Shown piece after piece: positions 7,961 through 14,923 of a stretch of 20,000 nt of DNA. Each line of letters begins with the position of its first letter. Position 1 is the stretch's first letter. A program made the position numbers and the translations under genes. The notes beneath the pieces were generated by a model that did no database searches, had not been told where the DNA came from, and was given only the letters and a program-made list of their open reading frames with translations. The stretch is from an uncultured virus (IMG/VR IMGVR_UViG_3300033888_000043) (lineage: Duplodnaviria; Heunggongvirae; Uroviricota; Caudoviricetes): the IMG/VR virus record IMGVR_UViG_3300033888_000043, one strand, 5' to 3'.

Positions 7961-8179
7961 TCAGTTCCGGTTCTTCGCCCTTGCATCGACGGGCGGACCA
8001 GGCACGGCCGTGATGTGCCAGCGGTCGTCATCGTTCTCGCCCAGCGCCCACAGCAACGTTTTGCAAGCTGCCGCTTTAGCGAACATCATTCCACCGCGCG
8101 TCATGCCATCTGGCTGCACGCGGCCATCGATGGCAAGCAACTCAGCCAACTTGCCTCTTATTTCCGATTCGGACTTCAC
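7961..8179 (-). CDS. Hypothetical protein (MKSESEIRGKLAELL...)
   Basis: GTGA-coupled to the upstream mini-ORF, purine-rich RBS. Confidence 0.65.
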   Translation of the reverse strand: MKSESEIRGKLAELLAIDGRVQPDGMTRGGMMFAKAAACKTLLWALGENDDDRWHITAVPGPPVDARAKNRN

Positions 8180-8256
8180 GCCGCCCCCTTCCGCTTAGCA
8201 ACAGGGCGCGTCGGGTTCCACGTCACATCGGTCCATTCGATTGAGGTTTTGCTCAC
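8176..8256 (-). pseudogene. Truncated phage Gp37/Gp68 (DUF5131)-family remnant, 26 aa
   Basis: Translates as MSKTSIEWTDVTWNPTRPVAKRKGAA*. 'T.IEWTD.TWNP' is the characteristic N-terminus of this family, but the Cys motif that normally follows is missing. GGGAGG RBS and GTGA coupling on both sides. Confidence 0.65.
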
Positions 8257-8492
8257 GATGTTTGCCTCCCGCGAAAAGCGTGCACTGGACGGCGGTTTTC
8301 CGCGCGCCGTTGCGCGTCGCTTGGCTCCGTCCGACGCGCTATACTGGCTTCATATGCCGCTCCAGCCGGCCGCCCCGAATCCCCTGAAATCAGCGTTTTA
8401 CCTCTCCAGTTCGGCATTACAACAGATCTCGTTTTCGTATCCGCGCCCGCAACCCTTTTAGTTGCTTCAGCCAACTTTTTTGAGTTCGGCAT
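8253..8492 (-). CDS. Hypothetical protein
   Basis: TAATG coupling upstream and GTGA coupling downstream. Confidence 0.5.
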   Translation of the reverse strand: MPNSKKLAEATKRVAGADTKTRSVVMPNWRGKTLISGDSGRPAGAAYEASIARRTEPSDAQRRAENRRPVHAFRGRQTS

Positions 8493-8749
8493 TATGCGCG
8501 TTTTGCCGAACTCGCCGGCCTGGTTTCCGGGCCTGCTTGCTCCCCGCTTTTCCCCTGCCTTTTGGCCGCCGCGAACTCCCGCAACGCGGCTGCAGTCAGC
8601 TCCGCCAAGCGGATGCGCTCGACCGTCGCCTGCACCGAGACGCCGGCTTCGGAGCGGTCGAGCGTGGCCAGCAGCTCTTGCGCACGACGGGCATGTGCAG
8701 CCGCCGCGCGATCGAGGTCGAGCAACTCGCTGGTGGTCCAGGCCGTCAT
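8492..8749 (-). CDS. Hypothetical helical protein (MTAWTTSELLDLDRA...)
   Basis: ATGA-coupled to the upstream gene. Confidence 0.6.
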   Translation of the reverse strand: MTAWTTSELLDLDRAAAAHARRAQELLATLDRSEAGVSVQATVERIRLAELTAAALREFAAAKRQGKSGEQAGPETRPASSAKRA

Positions 8750-8949
8750 TTTGCCCACCGTGCGAGTGCAGCCGCGCGCGCCAGGGCGCTCCGCTTCTCG
8801 GCAGGAATAGCCCGACGCCCCTCGACAGCCGCGGCGCTGGCCTTTATCGCAATCGCCCGGCGCCGGCGCGGCGACAGCTTCAATGCTCTCGCTCTGCCGC
8901 CCATCCCGGCGATGCGCGTCAGGTGCTCCCGCAGTGTGATTTCTCCCAT
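8746..8949 (-). CDS. Small very basic protein with GGxARA/KLSPxRRxxIAxKA/ARW motifs
   Basis: 'GMGGRARALKLSPRRRRAIAIKAS...KRSALARAAALARWAK'. ATG at 8949 sits 7 nt downstream of an extended -10. Confidence 0.7.
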   Translation of the reverse strand: MGEITLREHLTRIAGMGGRARALKLSPRRRRAIAIKASAAAVEGRRAIPAEKRSALARAAALARWAK

Positions 8950-8956
8950 CGGCCAC

Positions 8957-8965
8957 ATCTTACCA
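8957..8965 (-). promoter_or_regulatory. Leftward extended -10 promoter (leaderless)
   Basis: TGG-TAAGAT on the minus strand, followed by 7 nt and then ATG. Confidence 0.5.
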
Positions 8966-9007
8966 TGAAAAGGTGAGTACCATATCCAAAATCAGTACGG
9001 AAAGTAC

Positions 9008-9036
9008 TTGCGTTACGTTTCGCGCCGTGGCATGAT
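9008..9036 (+). promoter_or_regulatory. Rightward sigma70-type promoter of the early operon
   Basis: TTGCGT-17 nt-CATGAT with a TG extension. Confidence 0.6.
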
Positions 9037-9047
9037 AGGCATGGAAG

Positions 9048-9089
9048 TTAAAAAGCCGCGAGGCTAAAAAGAGCGAAAGGAACAAGATG
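9048..9089 (+). repeat. Leader module copy 1 (AGCC-GCGA-GGCT hairpin, A-rich linker, GCGAAAGGA RBS)
   Basis: TTAAAAAGCCGCGAGGCTAAAAAGAGCGAAAGGAACAAGATG. Near-duplicate at 9554-9594. Confidence 0.8.
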
Positions 9090-9239
9090 AGCGACCCCAA
9101 ATCCCCCCGCGGCGGAAAGCGGCCCGGCGCCGGCCGCCCGCGCGAATTGGACCCTGTAACCTGCCCCCGTTGCGGGGCGAGCGTGGCGGCCAGCCAGATA
9201 CAGAAGCACGTCAAGGCGTGCCAAGGAGAATCACAATGA
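9087..9239 (+). CDS. 50-aa protein: AT-hook-like GGKRPGAGRP plus C2HC Zn finger
   Basis: MSDPKSPRGGKRPGAGRPRELDPVTCPRCGASVAASQIQKHVKACQGESQ. AAGGA RBS and ATGA coupling. Missed by the ORF track. Confidence 0.7.
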   Translation: MSDPKSPRGGKRPGAGRPRELDPVTCPRCGASVAASQIQKHVKACQGESQ

Positions 9240-9487
9240 AAAGCAGAATCACATACATGACGCGCGAAGAAGCGATCGAATTGCTGGACGCATACGACGC
9301 TGCCCCGGACGCACCCGAATCCTGCGACAACCTCTGCACTGTGGCTGATGCGCTGCCTGGGCAGCCGGACGACCGCCAGTACACCTCGGACGATCTCCGC
9401 GAAATGGTGGATTCCGCTTGGTGTCCGCTGTGCGGCATGATCCACCCCAAGGGCGATGGACCTGCCGGATATTCTTGCGAGGCGTGA
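9236..9487 (+). CDS. Acidic hypothetical protein with C-terminal CxxC..H motif
   Basis: AGGAG RBS, coupled start MKSRITYM... Confidence 0.65.
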   Translation: MKSRITYMTREEAIELLDAYDAAPDAPESCDNLCTVADALPGQPDDRQYTSDDLREMVDSAWCPLCGMIHPKGDGPAGYSCEA

Positions 9488-9549
9488 ATCGCAGACGACA
9501 CGCCCTCCGGGGCGTGTAATGCGGCAGCGCCGGTTCGAAGCCCGGCCAC
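9484..9549 (+). ncRNA. Twister self-cleaving ribozyme, type-P5 (circularly permuted)
   Basis: P2 CGCA(9490-93)/UGCG(9520-23). GA-CGA (9494-98). P1 hairpin CACGCCC-UCCG-GGGCGUG. Conserved UAA (9517-19). P4 GCCGG/CCGGC with loop U-UCG-AA-GC. Pseudoknot T1 UCG/CGA and T2 GC/GC. Short P5 GUG/CAC. Confidence 0.88.
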
Positions 9550-9553
9550 CACA

Positions 9554-9594
9554 TTGAAAAGCCGCGAGGCTCTAAAGCGCGAAAGGAAAATATG
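9554..9594 (+). repeat. Leader module copy 2
   Basis: TTGAAAAGCCGCGAGGCTCTAAAGCGCGAAAGGAAAATATG, directly 3' of the ribozyme. Confidence 0.8.
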
Positions 9595-9918
9595 ATTACC
9601 TGGGACCCCCCGACCGAAGAAGAAACCTACCCGATCGAGTTCCACGACTGCGAACTGCATGAGGAGCAGGAGTACTCCTGCCCCGAGTGCGGCTCCGCCA
9701 ACGTGGAGTTGCGCGAATACGATTTTGGTGCCGGCGAACAAACCGGCTACCGCGATGCCGGAGACCAGTATTACTGCCTGGAATGCTTGTCGCACGGCGC
9801 CGCCGAAGACGCCGGATGGAAAGCTGCCCCGCGCGTCGTCGCCATCCGGGCGCAGGCTGAGGACGAAATGGAGCGCGCCTTGCGCTACGGGCATGGCGAT
9901 TATCAGGAGGTGGCGTAA
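9592..9918 (+). CDS. Acidic Zn-ribbon protein
   Basis: CPECGS...YYCLEC. AAGGA RBS. Confidence 0.75.
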   Translation: MITWDPPTEEETYPIEFHDCELHEEQEYSCPECGSANVELREYDFGAGEQTGYRDAGDQYYCLECLSHGAAEDAGWKAAPRVVAIRAQAEDEMERALRYGHGDYQEVA

Positions 9919-9921
9919 GCC

Positions 9922-10137
9922 ATGCGCGAGAACGATCTGCCCAAGATGATCTGGGATATGGCCACAGCGATGAACGCTGCTATGGCCGCCACTGTGCGCC
10001 GCCTGCCCGAGGAGCCGGCCGAGGAACCGATCCGGGCGCGGCCGAACGATCTGCCCAAGATGATCTGGGATATGGCCACCCAGATGAACGTTGCTATGGC
10101 CGCCACCTCGAGGGCGGCAGAAAAGGAGACAAAGTAG
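9922..10137 (+). CDS. Small protein with internal tandem duplication
   Basis: NDLPKMIWDMATxMNxAMAAT occurs twice. AGGAGG upstream. Confidence 0.65.
   Translation: MRENDLPKMIWDMATAMNAAMAATVRRLPEEPAEEPIRARPNDLPKMIWDMATQMNVAMAATSRAAEKETK
9930..10106 (+). repeat. 63-bp direct repeat (4 mismatches), period 114 bp
   Basis: 9930-9992 versus 10044-10106; the first 36 nt are identical. Confidence 0.9.
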
Positions 10138-10139
10138 CC

Positions 10140-11243
10140 ATGGCAACTCTCGCCGCATTGAATGGAAACGGAAACGGCCACGGGCCGCACCCCATCGTCA
10201 TCAAGCCGGACGGCTCGAATCTGGCGTCCGCGCTCAGCGCCTCTCTGGCCGTCCAGCAACTCAAGAAAGATGTGAACCTGGACGCGGCTATTGCGCGTCG
10301 GCACCTCATGATCGAAGTCACCAAGCGGCTGATGATCGAAGGCACCGACTACGGCCCCATTCCCGGATCGGACAAACCAACGCTCTTGCAGCCGGGTGCC
10401 GATAAGCTCTGCAATTTGTTCTCGCTCAAGCTGGAGTACGAAGTCACCGAGAACGTCAAAGATTGGACCGGCAAGGATCACGGCGGCGAACCGTTCTTCT
10501 ACGTCGAGGTCCGCAGCTTCGCCTATCGCGGCGAGGAGTTCATGGGCGAAGGTATTGGCTCCTGCTCCTCGTGGGAAGCCAAGTACCGCTGGCGCAAGGC
10601 AGAGCGGAAATGCCCCCAGTGCAGCAAGGAGAACATCCGCAAGTCGAAACAGGGGGGCTGGTACTGCTGGAACAAGACTGGCGGGTGCGGCGCTACCTTC
10701 CCGGCCGGCGACCAGACCATCGAGTCCCAGGAAGTCGGGCGCGTTCGCAACCCGGACGTGTTCGATGTCGTGAACACGGTCCAAAAGATCGCTCTCAAGC
10801 GCGCCAAGATCAGCGCCACGATCAACGCGACTTCGGCCTCGGAGTTTTTCACCCAGGATATCGAGGAGCAGCCCGAGCCCGAACCCGAGCCTGAAACGCA
10901 AAAAGCGCAGCAACCGGCCCAAACCCTGACAGGCAAGCCGGCTGCTACGCTTCCAGATGCACAATCCCAAACTTCTTCTTCTCCGCAGTCTACCACGAAG
11001 CCCTGGCGCACCTTCGGCGAAATGGTCCGCTGCTTCGAGGCCCTCAAGTCCCAGATCCCCTGGCCGCTTTATTACGAAGTGCTCCGGCAGTTCGGCGTTG
11101 AGCACTCCAACCAGTTCGACAACGCCAAGGCGTCGTGGGCATGCTACCAGCGCCTGGAGCAACGGGTGCAAGAACACTTGCACAAGGCGGCGGACCCGCG
11201 CACCTTCGAACACTACGAAGCTGTGGAAGGAGACTGGCAATGA
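10140..11243 (+). CDS. Putative single-strand annealing/recombination protein with inserted Zn finger
   Basis: 'DYG.IPG..KPTLLQPGADKL', 'GEGIGSCSSWEAKY', CPQC...CW...GGCG, 'NTVQKIA.KRA...A.....S.FFTQDIE', then a Pro/Gln linker. Adjacent to a Gp157-like gene. Confidence 0.6.
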   Translation: MATLAALNGNGNGHGPHPIVIKPDGSNLASALSASLAVQQLKKDVNLDAAIARRHLMIEVTKRLMIEGTDYGPIPGSDKPTLLQPGADKLCNLFSLKLEYEVTENVKDWTGKDHGGEPFFYVEVRSFAYRGEEFMGEGIGSCSSWEAKYRWRKAERKCPQCSKENIRKSKQGGWYCWNKTGGCGATFPAGDQTIESQEVGRVRNPDVFDVVNTVQKIALKRAKISATINATSASEFFTQDIEEQPEPEPEPETQKAQQPAQTLTGKPAATLPDAQSQTSSSPQSTTKPWRTFGEMVRCFEALKSQIPWPLYYEVLRQFGVEHSNQFDNAKASWACYQRLEQRVQEHLHKAADPRTFEHYEAVEGDWQ

Positions 11244-11878
11244 GCGCCCTAGCTCTGGTTGAACCTCGGGAGGCTACGGCCTCCCTTTCGCTGTACGAAT
11301 TGTCCGAGGAGCTTGTCTGTCTCTTGGACACCCGCGACATGGTGGAGCAAGGCTCCGCCGACCAAGCCGACCTCGACGCGCAGATCCAGCAGTTCCAGGA
11401 CGCGCTACCGCGCAAGGTAGATAATGTCTGCCGGATGCTGGCTCACCTCGAATCGCAGGCGGCCGCAGCGAAGCTTGCGGCGAATCTCGAATTCGAACGG
11501 CTTACCAAGCGCCAGAAGCATTTCGAGTCCCAGGCGGCATCCCTCGAAGGCTACTGCGTGCGCGTGCTGGAGGCCCTGCCGGCGCCAAAGAAGGGCCCGC
11601 GCAAGCTGGAGGGCCAGTGCAACACCCTGGCGCTCTCGACCTCGGAGCGATGCAAGGTCGAGGACGCGGCGCTGGTGCCGATCGAATACAAAACGGCCGC
11701 GGCGAAGATGCCGGCGGAATTGTGGCAGCAGATCGTCGAGACGCTGTGGCCCGAAACCCTGGCGCAGATCACCGTCGATGTGTCTGTCCGGCTGGCCGAT
11801 GTCAAAAAGGCTCTCAAGGCCGGCGTGGAAATCGAAGGCGCCGACATTGAGTATCCGAAAGGAGTCAGGCGATCATGA
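11240..11878 (+). CDS. Siphovirus Gp157-family protein
   Basis: 'SLYELSEEL', 'KVDN', coiled coil, 'VEDAALVPIEY', 'VKKALKAGVEIEGA'. Confidence 0.8.
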   Translation: MSALALVEPREATASLSLYELSEELVCLLDTRDMVEQGSADQADLDAQIQQFQDALPRKVDNVCRMLAHLESQAAAAKLAANLEFERLTKRQKHFESQAASLEGYCVRVLEALPAPKKGPRKLEGQCNTLALSTSERCKVEDAALVPIEYKTAAAKMPAELWQQIVETLWPETLAQITVDVSVRLADVKKALKAGVEIEGADIEYPKGVRRS

Positions 11879-12045
11879 AATCACTGACACGGCACTACTC
11901 CTGGTGGCAGCACGTCGCCTTGTTCTGCCTGAGACTCACGAGCGGCCAGGGCGATGCCATGACTGATGCGCTGGGGCTGGGCGTGCTCTGCGCGATCGGC
12001 ATTGCCTGTTTTATCGCGCTGCTGCGCATCTGGGGAGTGAAGTGA
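11875..12045 (+). CDS. Small membrane protein (56 aa)
   Basis: Coupled at both ends. C-terminal TM 'ALGLGVLCAIGIACFIALLRIW'. Confidence 0.5.
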   Translation: MKSLTRHYSWWQHVALFCLRLTSGQGDAMTDALGLGVLCAIGIACFIALLRIWGVK

Positions 12046-12461
12046 CCTGGTGGTATGTCTCCGCTGCCGGTATTGCCATCGGAGGCCTGCTGGGCTTCCG
12101 GTGGCTTTACAATCGCAACCTGCGCTGCCGGTGCGGCCGGTTCGCCGATGCCGTGCGGGGCGGCACGCCACTCTGCTGGCACTGCGCCAATTCGCTGGCG
12201 CGGCGCGCGGCCATCGCCGCCAGGTGTCCGTGCGGCAACCACGCGGATGCCATGGTCTCGCATCACCCGGTATGCCGGCGATGCGTGCAGGCGCTCGATA
12301 GCGTGGTGGCGTCGCTGCACTTCCGCGGACTCACCGACCGGGAAATTATCCGGTACCTAGTGGAGGCTGGGCGGGATGCAGAGGCAGAGATCCTGCTAAA
12401 GAAGCTGGAGAACACCGAGGCTGCATACGAAGCCAGCTTCGGAGATAGGGAGCCAAACTGA
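12042..12461 (+). CDS. N-terminal TM protein with two CxC...CxxC Zn-binding repeats
   Basis: WWYVSAAGIAIGGLLGF, CRCG...CWHC, CPCG...CRRC. Confidence 0.65.
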   Translation: MTWWYVSAAGIAIGGLLGFRWLYNRNLRCRCGRFADAVRGGTPLCWHCANSLARRAAIAARCPCGNHADAMVSHHPVCRRCVQALDSVVASLHFRGLTDREIIRYLVEAGRDAEAEILLKKLENTEAAYEASFGDREPN

Positions 12462-12655
12462 TGAGCCAAAAATCGAAGCAATACTTCCAATGGCAGGAAG
12501 CCCAGAAGCGCGATGCGGAACTCTGCCAGCGACCAGGCTGCAAGCACCCGCGTGGGTGGCACGTCGGCGACAAGAACTGCACGGCGCGGCAGATCAACCA
12601 GTGCGACTGTCCCGAGTTTGTTCCCGCGCCGCCTGAACCGGCGAGGGCGGCATGA
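12461..12655 (+). CDS. Small Cys/His-rich protein
   Basis: C..PGC.H....H...C.....CDC..F. TGATG coupling. Confidence 0.6.
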   Translation: MSQKSKQYFQWQEAQKRDAELCQRPGCKHPRGWHVGDKNCTARQINQCDCPEFVPAPPEPARAA

Positions 12656-12795
12656 AACACGAAAACTACAAACTCACCATCACCGTCAAGGGCCATGAAC
12701 CGGTTCACACCACCACCGACGATCTCGCCAGGCTGGTGAAGATGCTCAAGCGCCAGCGCAAAGCGCGGAAGCCGAAATCCGGAGGAAAGCGATGA
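12652..12795 (+). CDS. Small hypothetical protein (47 aa, MKHENYKLTITVKG...)
   Basis: ATGA coupling at both ends. Confidence 0.55.
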   Translation: MKHENYKLTITVKGHEPVHTTTDDLARLVKMLKRQRKARKPKSGGKR

Positions 12796-13022
12796 GGCGG
12801 CCGCGGCAGAAGTCTCCAGCCGAACTCCAGAAGCAGTGCGACATCTGGAATCGAGCCTGCCCCATCGGCACGCTGGTGCAGTATCACCCTGTCATCGGTG
12901 AGCCTGCGTACCGGCTGCGCAAGACCAAGACCCAAGCCAGCATCTTGAGCGGCCATACAGCCGTGATCTGGCTGGAAGGGGAGAGCGGCTGCGTGGCGCT
13001 CGATGCGGTGGAATTCGCGTGA
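12792..13022 (+). CDS. Conserved phage hypothetical protein
   Basis: 'WN...PIGT.V.Y...T.TQA..LSGHTAVIWLEG.SGCVAL'. GGAGG RBS. Confidence 0.75.
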   Translation: MRRPRQKSPAELQKQCDIWNRACPIGTLVQYHPVIGEPAYRLRKTKTQASILSGHTAVIWLEGESGCVALDAVEFA

Positions 13023-13531
13023 AAGCCTTGACTTTGACTCAGCCCTGGGCAACGTTAGTCGCTATTTCTGCCAAGAAAATCGAAACGCGAAGCTGGTGCA
13101 CGCACTACCGCGGCCCGCTCGCTATCCACGCAGCCAAGGGCTTTCCGAAGCATGTCAAGGATGCCGTCCGCTACGACATGCGATTCTTTGCCGAATTAAA
13201 TCCGGCCTATGCGGCGCACATGGCCCGTTCCGGCATGAAGCTGCCGCCGACATCGCTCGCATTTGAGACGTTGGCGAGGTTGCCTGTCGGGGCCATCGTC
13301 GCCACATGCCGCCTTGTCAACTGCCGCGAGATCATCGCTTCGGTTTATCCGCCGATGCCCCGCGGCGAATATATGGTCTTGGGTAACCGGATCACACCTC
13401 CGCCCTCTCCCGAGCTGGACTTCGGAGATTATTCGGCTGGTCGCTGGGCTTGGATTCTCGAAGACGTGCATCCCCTCAAGCAACCCATCCCGGCAAAGGG
13501 CGCGCTCGGCCTCTGGGAGTGGACGCCATGA
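13019..13531 (+). CDS. ASCH domain protein
   Basis: 'MKALTLTQPWATLV...KKIETRSW.T.YRGPLAIHAAK', 'GAIVA', 'GRWAW.L...PIPAKGALGLW'. Confidence 0.9.
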   Translation: MKALTLTQPWATLVAISAKKIETRSWCTHYRGPLAIHAAKGFPKHVKDAVRYDMRFFAELNPAYAAHMARSGMKLPPTSLAFETLARLPVGAIVATCRLVNCREIIASVYPPMPRGEYMVLGNRITPPPSPELDFGDYSAGRWAWILEDVHPLKQPIPAKGALGLWEWTP

Positions 13532-13908
13532 TCCTGTCCTTCCACCGGCTCGCTCGCTGGCTCATGCGTGAAGTCCATGGGGTAGATATCCCCAGGAAAG
13601 CACCACGGCGCGCGCTGGGCGGGCCTACACGCTCCTGGCGATACCGGCAATGGATCAGGAGCCTACCTTGTGCCGCCTGTGGACTGGAGCCAGCCGGGGA
13701 AGCGGCACATACCGGATCTGACGGCGGGCTGCGGCAGAAAAGTAGCGACTTCTCGGCGATCCCGCTCTGCCCGGATTGTCACCGATTCGGGCCGGGAGCA
13801 TACCATGCGATCGGCCGGCGCCAGTTTGAACGGCGGCGCTCGATCGACATTGACGCCCTGGTGCGCAGGTTGAATGATCTGTGGCGGCAGGGAAGGAAGG
13901 CGGCGTAA
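13528..13908 (+). CDS. DUF968/HNH-like Zn-binding putative nuclease
   Basis: 'YRQWIRSLPCAACG...AAHT...G.RQKSSDFSAIPLCPDCH'. Confidence 0.8.
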   Translation: MILSFHRLARWLMREVHGVDIPRKAPRRALGGPTRSWRYRQWIRSLPCAACGLEPAGEAAHTGSDGGLRQKSSDFSAIPLCPDCHRFGPGAYHAIGRRQFERRRSIDIDALVRRLNDLWRQGRKAA

Positions 13909-14303
13909 TGTTGCTGGGATTCCAGAAGCGATTCGAGGCCTACGTCCGGGACGGCTCGAAGACTCATACTATCCGGGCCATGCGGAAGCGCGGGGTGCTT
14001 GTGGGGGAAATCTGCCACTGCTATGGAGACACCCGCCAGAGGACCATGCACCTGCTCGGCCGCTGGCCCTGCGTGAAGGTGGAGTACGTCGAGATTCATC
14101 CCCCAATGGGTGGGCGCCCGCAGATTTTCATCGACGGCCAGATATTGAGCCTGGACGAATGCGAAGCGCTTGCTTGGAGAGATGGCTTCAGAGACGACGG
14201 ATTCGGGGAGATGATGCACTTCTGGCGCGGCCGGCTGCCGTTTCGCGGACAGATCATTCACTGGGACTATCGGCGCCCAGTCCCTGATAGGGTGAGTCCA
14301 TGA
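13908..14303 (+). CDS. ASCH/PUA-like protein
   Basis: 'LGFQKRF...V.DGSKTHTIR', 'ALAWRDGF...M..FW'. Confidence 0.7.
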   Translation: MLLGFQKRFEAYVRDGSKTHTIRAMRKRGVLVGEICHCYGDTRQRTMHLLGRWPCVKVEYVEIHPPMGGRPQIFIDGQILSLDECEALAWRDGFRDDGFGEMMHFWRGRLPFRGQIIHWDYRRPVPDRVSP

Positions 14304-14641
14304 CGCCCCGCCAGTTGGAGATTCTCCAGCACAGCCTGGGTGTGGACCAATACGGCCAGGGCAATATGTACCGCAACCACTTCTGTGCTGGCGGCGACGA
14401 TGAAGCAATCTGCCGGGAGTTGGTGGCGATGGGGTACATGGAGACCTTCGAGCGGTCGTACCTGCCCTATTACAACTGCACCGTGACAGCAGCGGGCCGG
14501 GCGGCGATGCTGGCCGAGAGTCCGAAGCCTCCCAAGTTGTCGCGATCCCAGCATCGATACCGAGACTTTCTCAACGCCGACTTGGGCATATCGTTCCGGG
14601 AATACCTGAAGGCGCTCGATGATAGAAGGCGGCGCCCATGA
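14300..14641 (+). CDS. Conserved phage hypothetical protein (wHTH-like)
   Basis: 'ILQHSLG.D.YG....YRNHFCAG...C.ELV..GYM...VTAAGR'. Confidence 0.75.
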   Translation: MTPRQLEILQHSLGVDQYGQGNMYRNHFCAGGDDEAICRELVAMGYMETFERSYLPYYNCTVTAAGRAAMLAESPKPPKLSRSQHRYRDFLNADLGISFREYLKALDDRRRRP

Positions 14642-14922
14642 ACCACGGCAACGTAGAAGCCGCCCTAACGCTGCTCCGTAATCACCTGGCAGCCGGGCAT
14701 CCCCTGGTACTAGCGACAACTCAGCTTGTTGAGAACGGCCACATCTTTCCCGGCTTCTATTCAGTGTCGGATTTAGAGACGCATGCAGTAGCGTACATTC
14801 AACAGCCGGTGCGCGTGGTGCGGCGCCTGAGTTTTGAAGAGGCGCTGCCGCATTGGGTGGATACCTGGTCCTGGGAAGCTGGGCCAGGGAGTTATCTATT
14901 CTACGAATTGGAGAGTGACTGA
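14638..14922 (+). CDS. Hypothetical protein
   Basis: ATGA-coupled. Confidence 0.6.
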   Translation: MNHGNVEAALTLLRNHLAAGHPLVLATTQLVENGHIFPGFYSVSDLETHAVAYIQQPVRVVRRLSFEEALPHWVDTWSWEAGPGSYLFYELESD

Positions 14923-14923
14923 C

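Noticed and set aside
7898..8976. Plus-strand ORFs 7898-8461, 8462-8968 and 8494-8976
   Set aside because: The minus-strand genes here form a translationally coupled chain with recognisable motifs, so the plus-strand ORFs are GC-rich shadows.
9529..9551. tRNA-like T-arm and CCA (GGTTCGAAGCCCGGCCACCA)
   Set aside because: No acceptor stem, D-arm or anticodon arm can be built. The segment is fully explained as twister P4/L4.
9930..10106. Possible DGR template/variable repeat or CRISPR repeat
   Set aside because: Only two in-frame coding copies, mismatches are not adenine-specific, and there are no RT or cas genes in the window.
9211..11240. Long minus-strand ORFs (315 aa, 445 aa)
   Set aside because: Antisense shadows of well-supported plus-strand genes in high-GC DNA.
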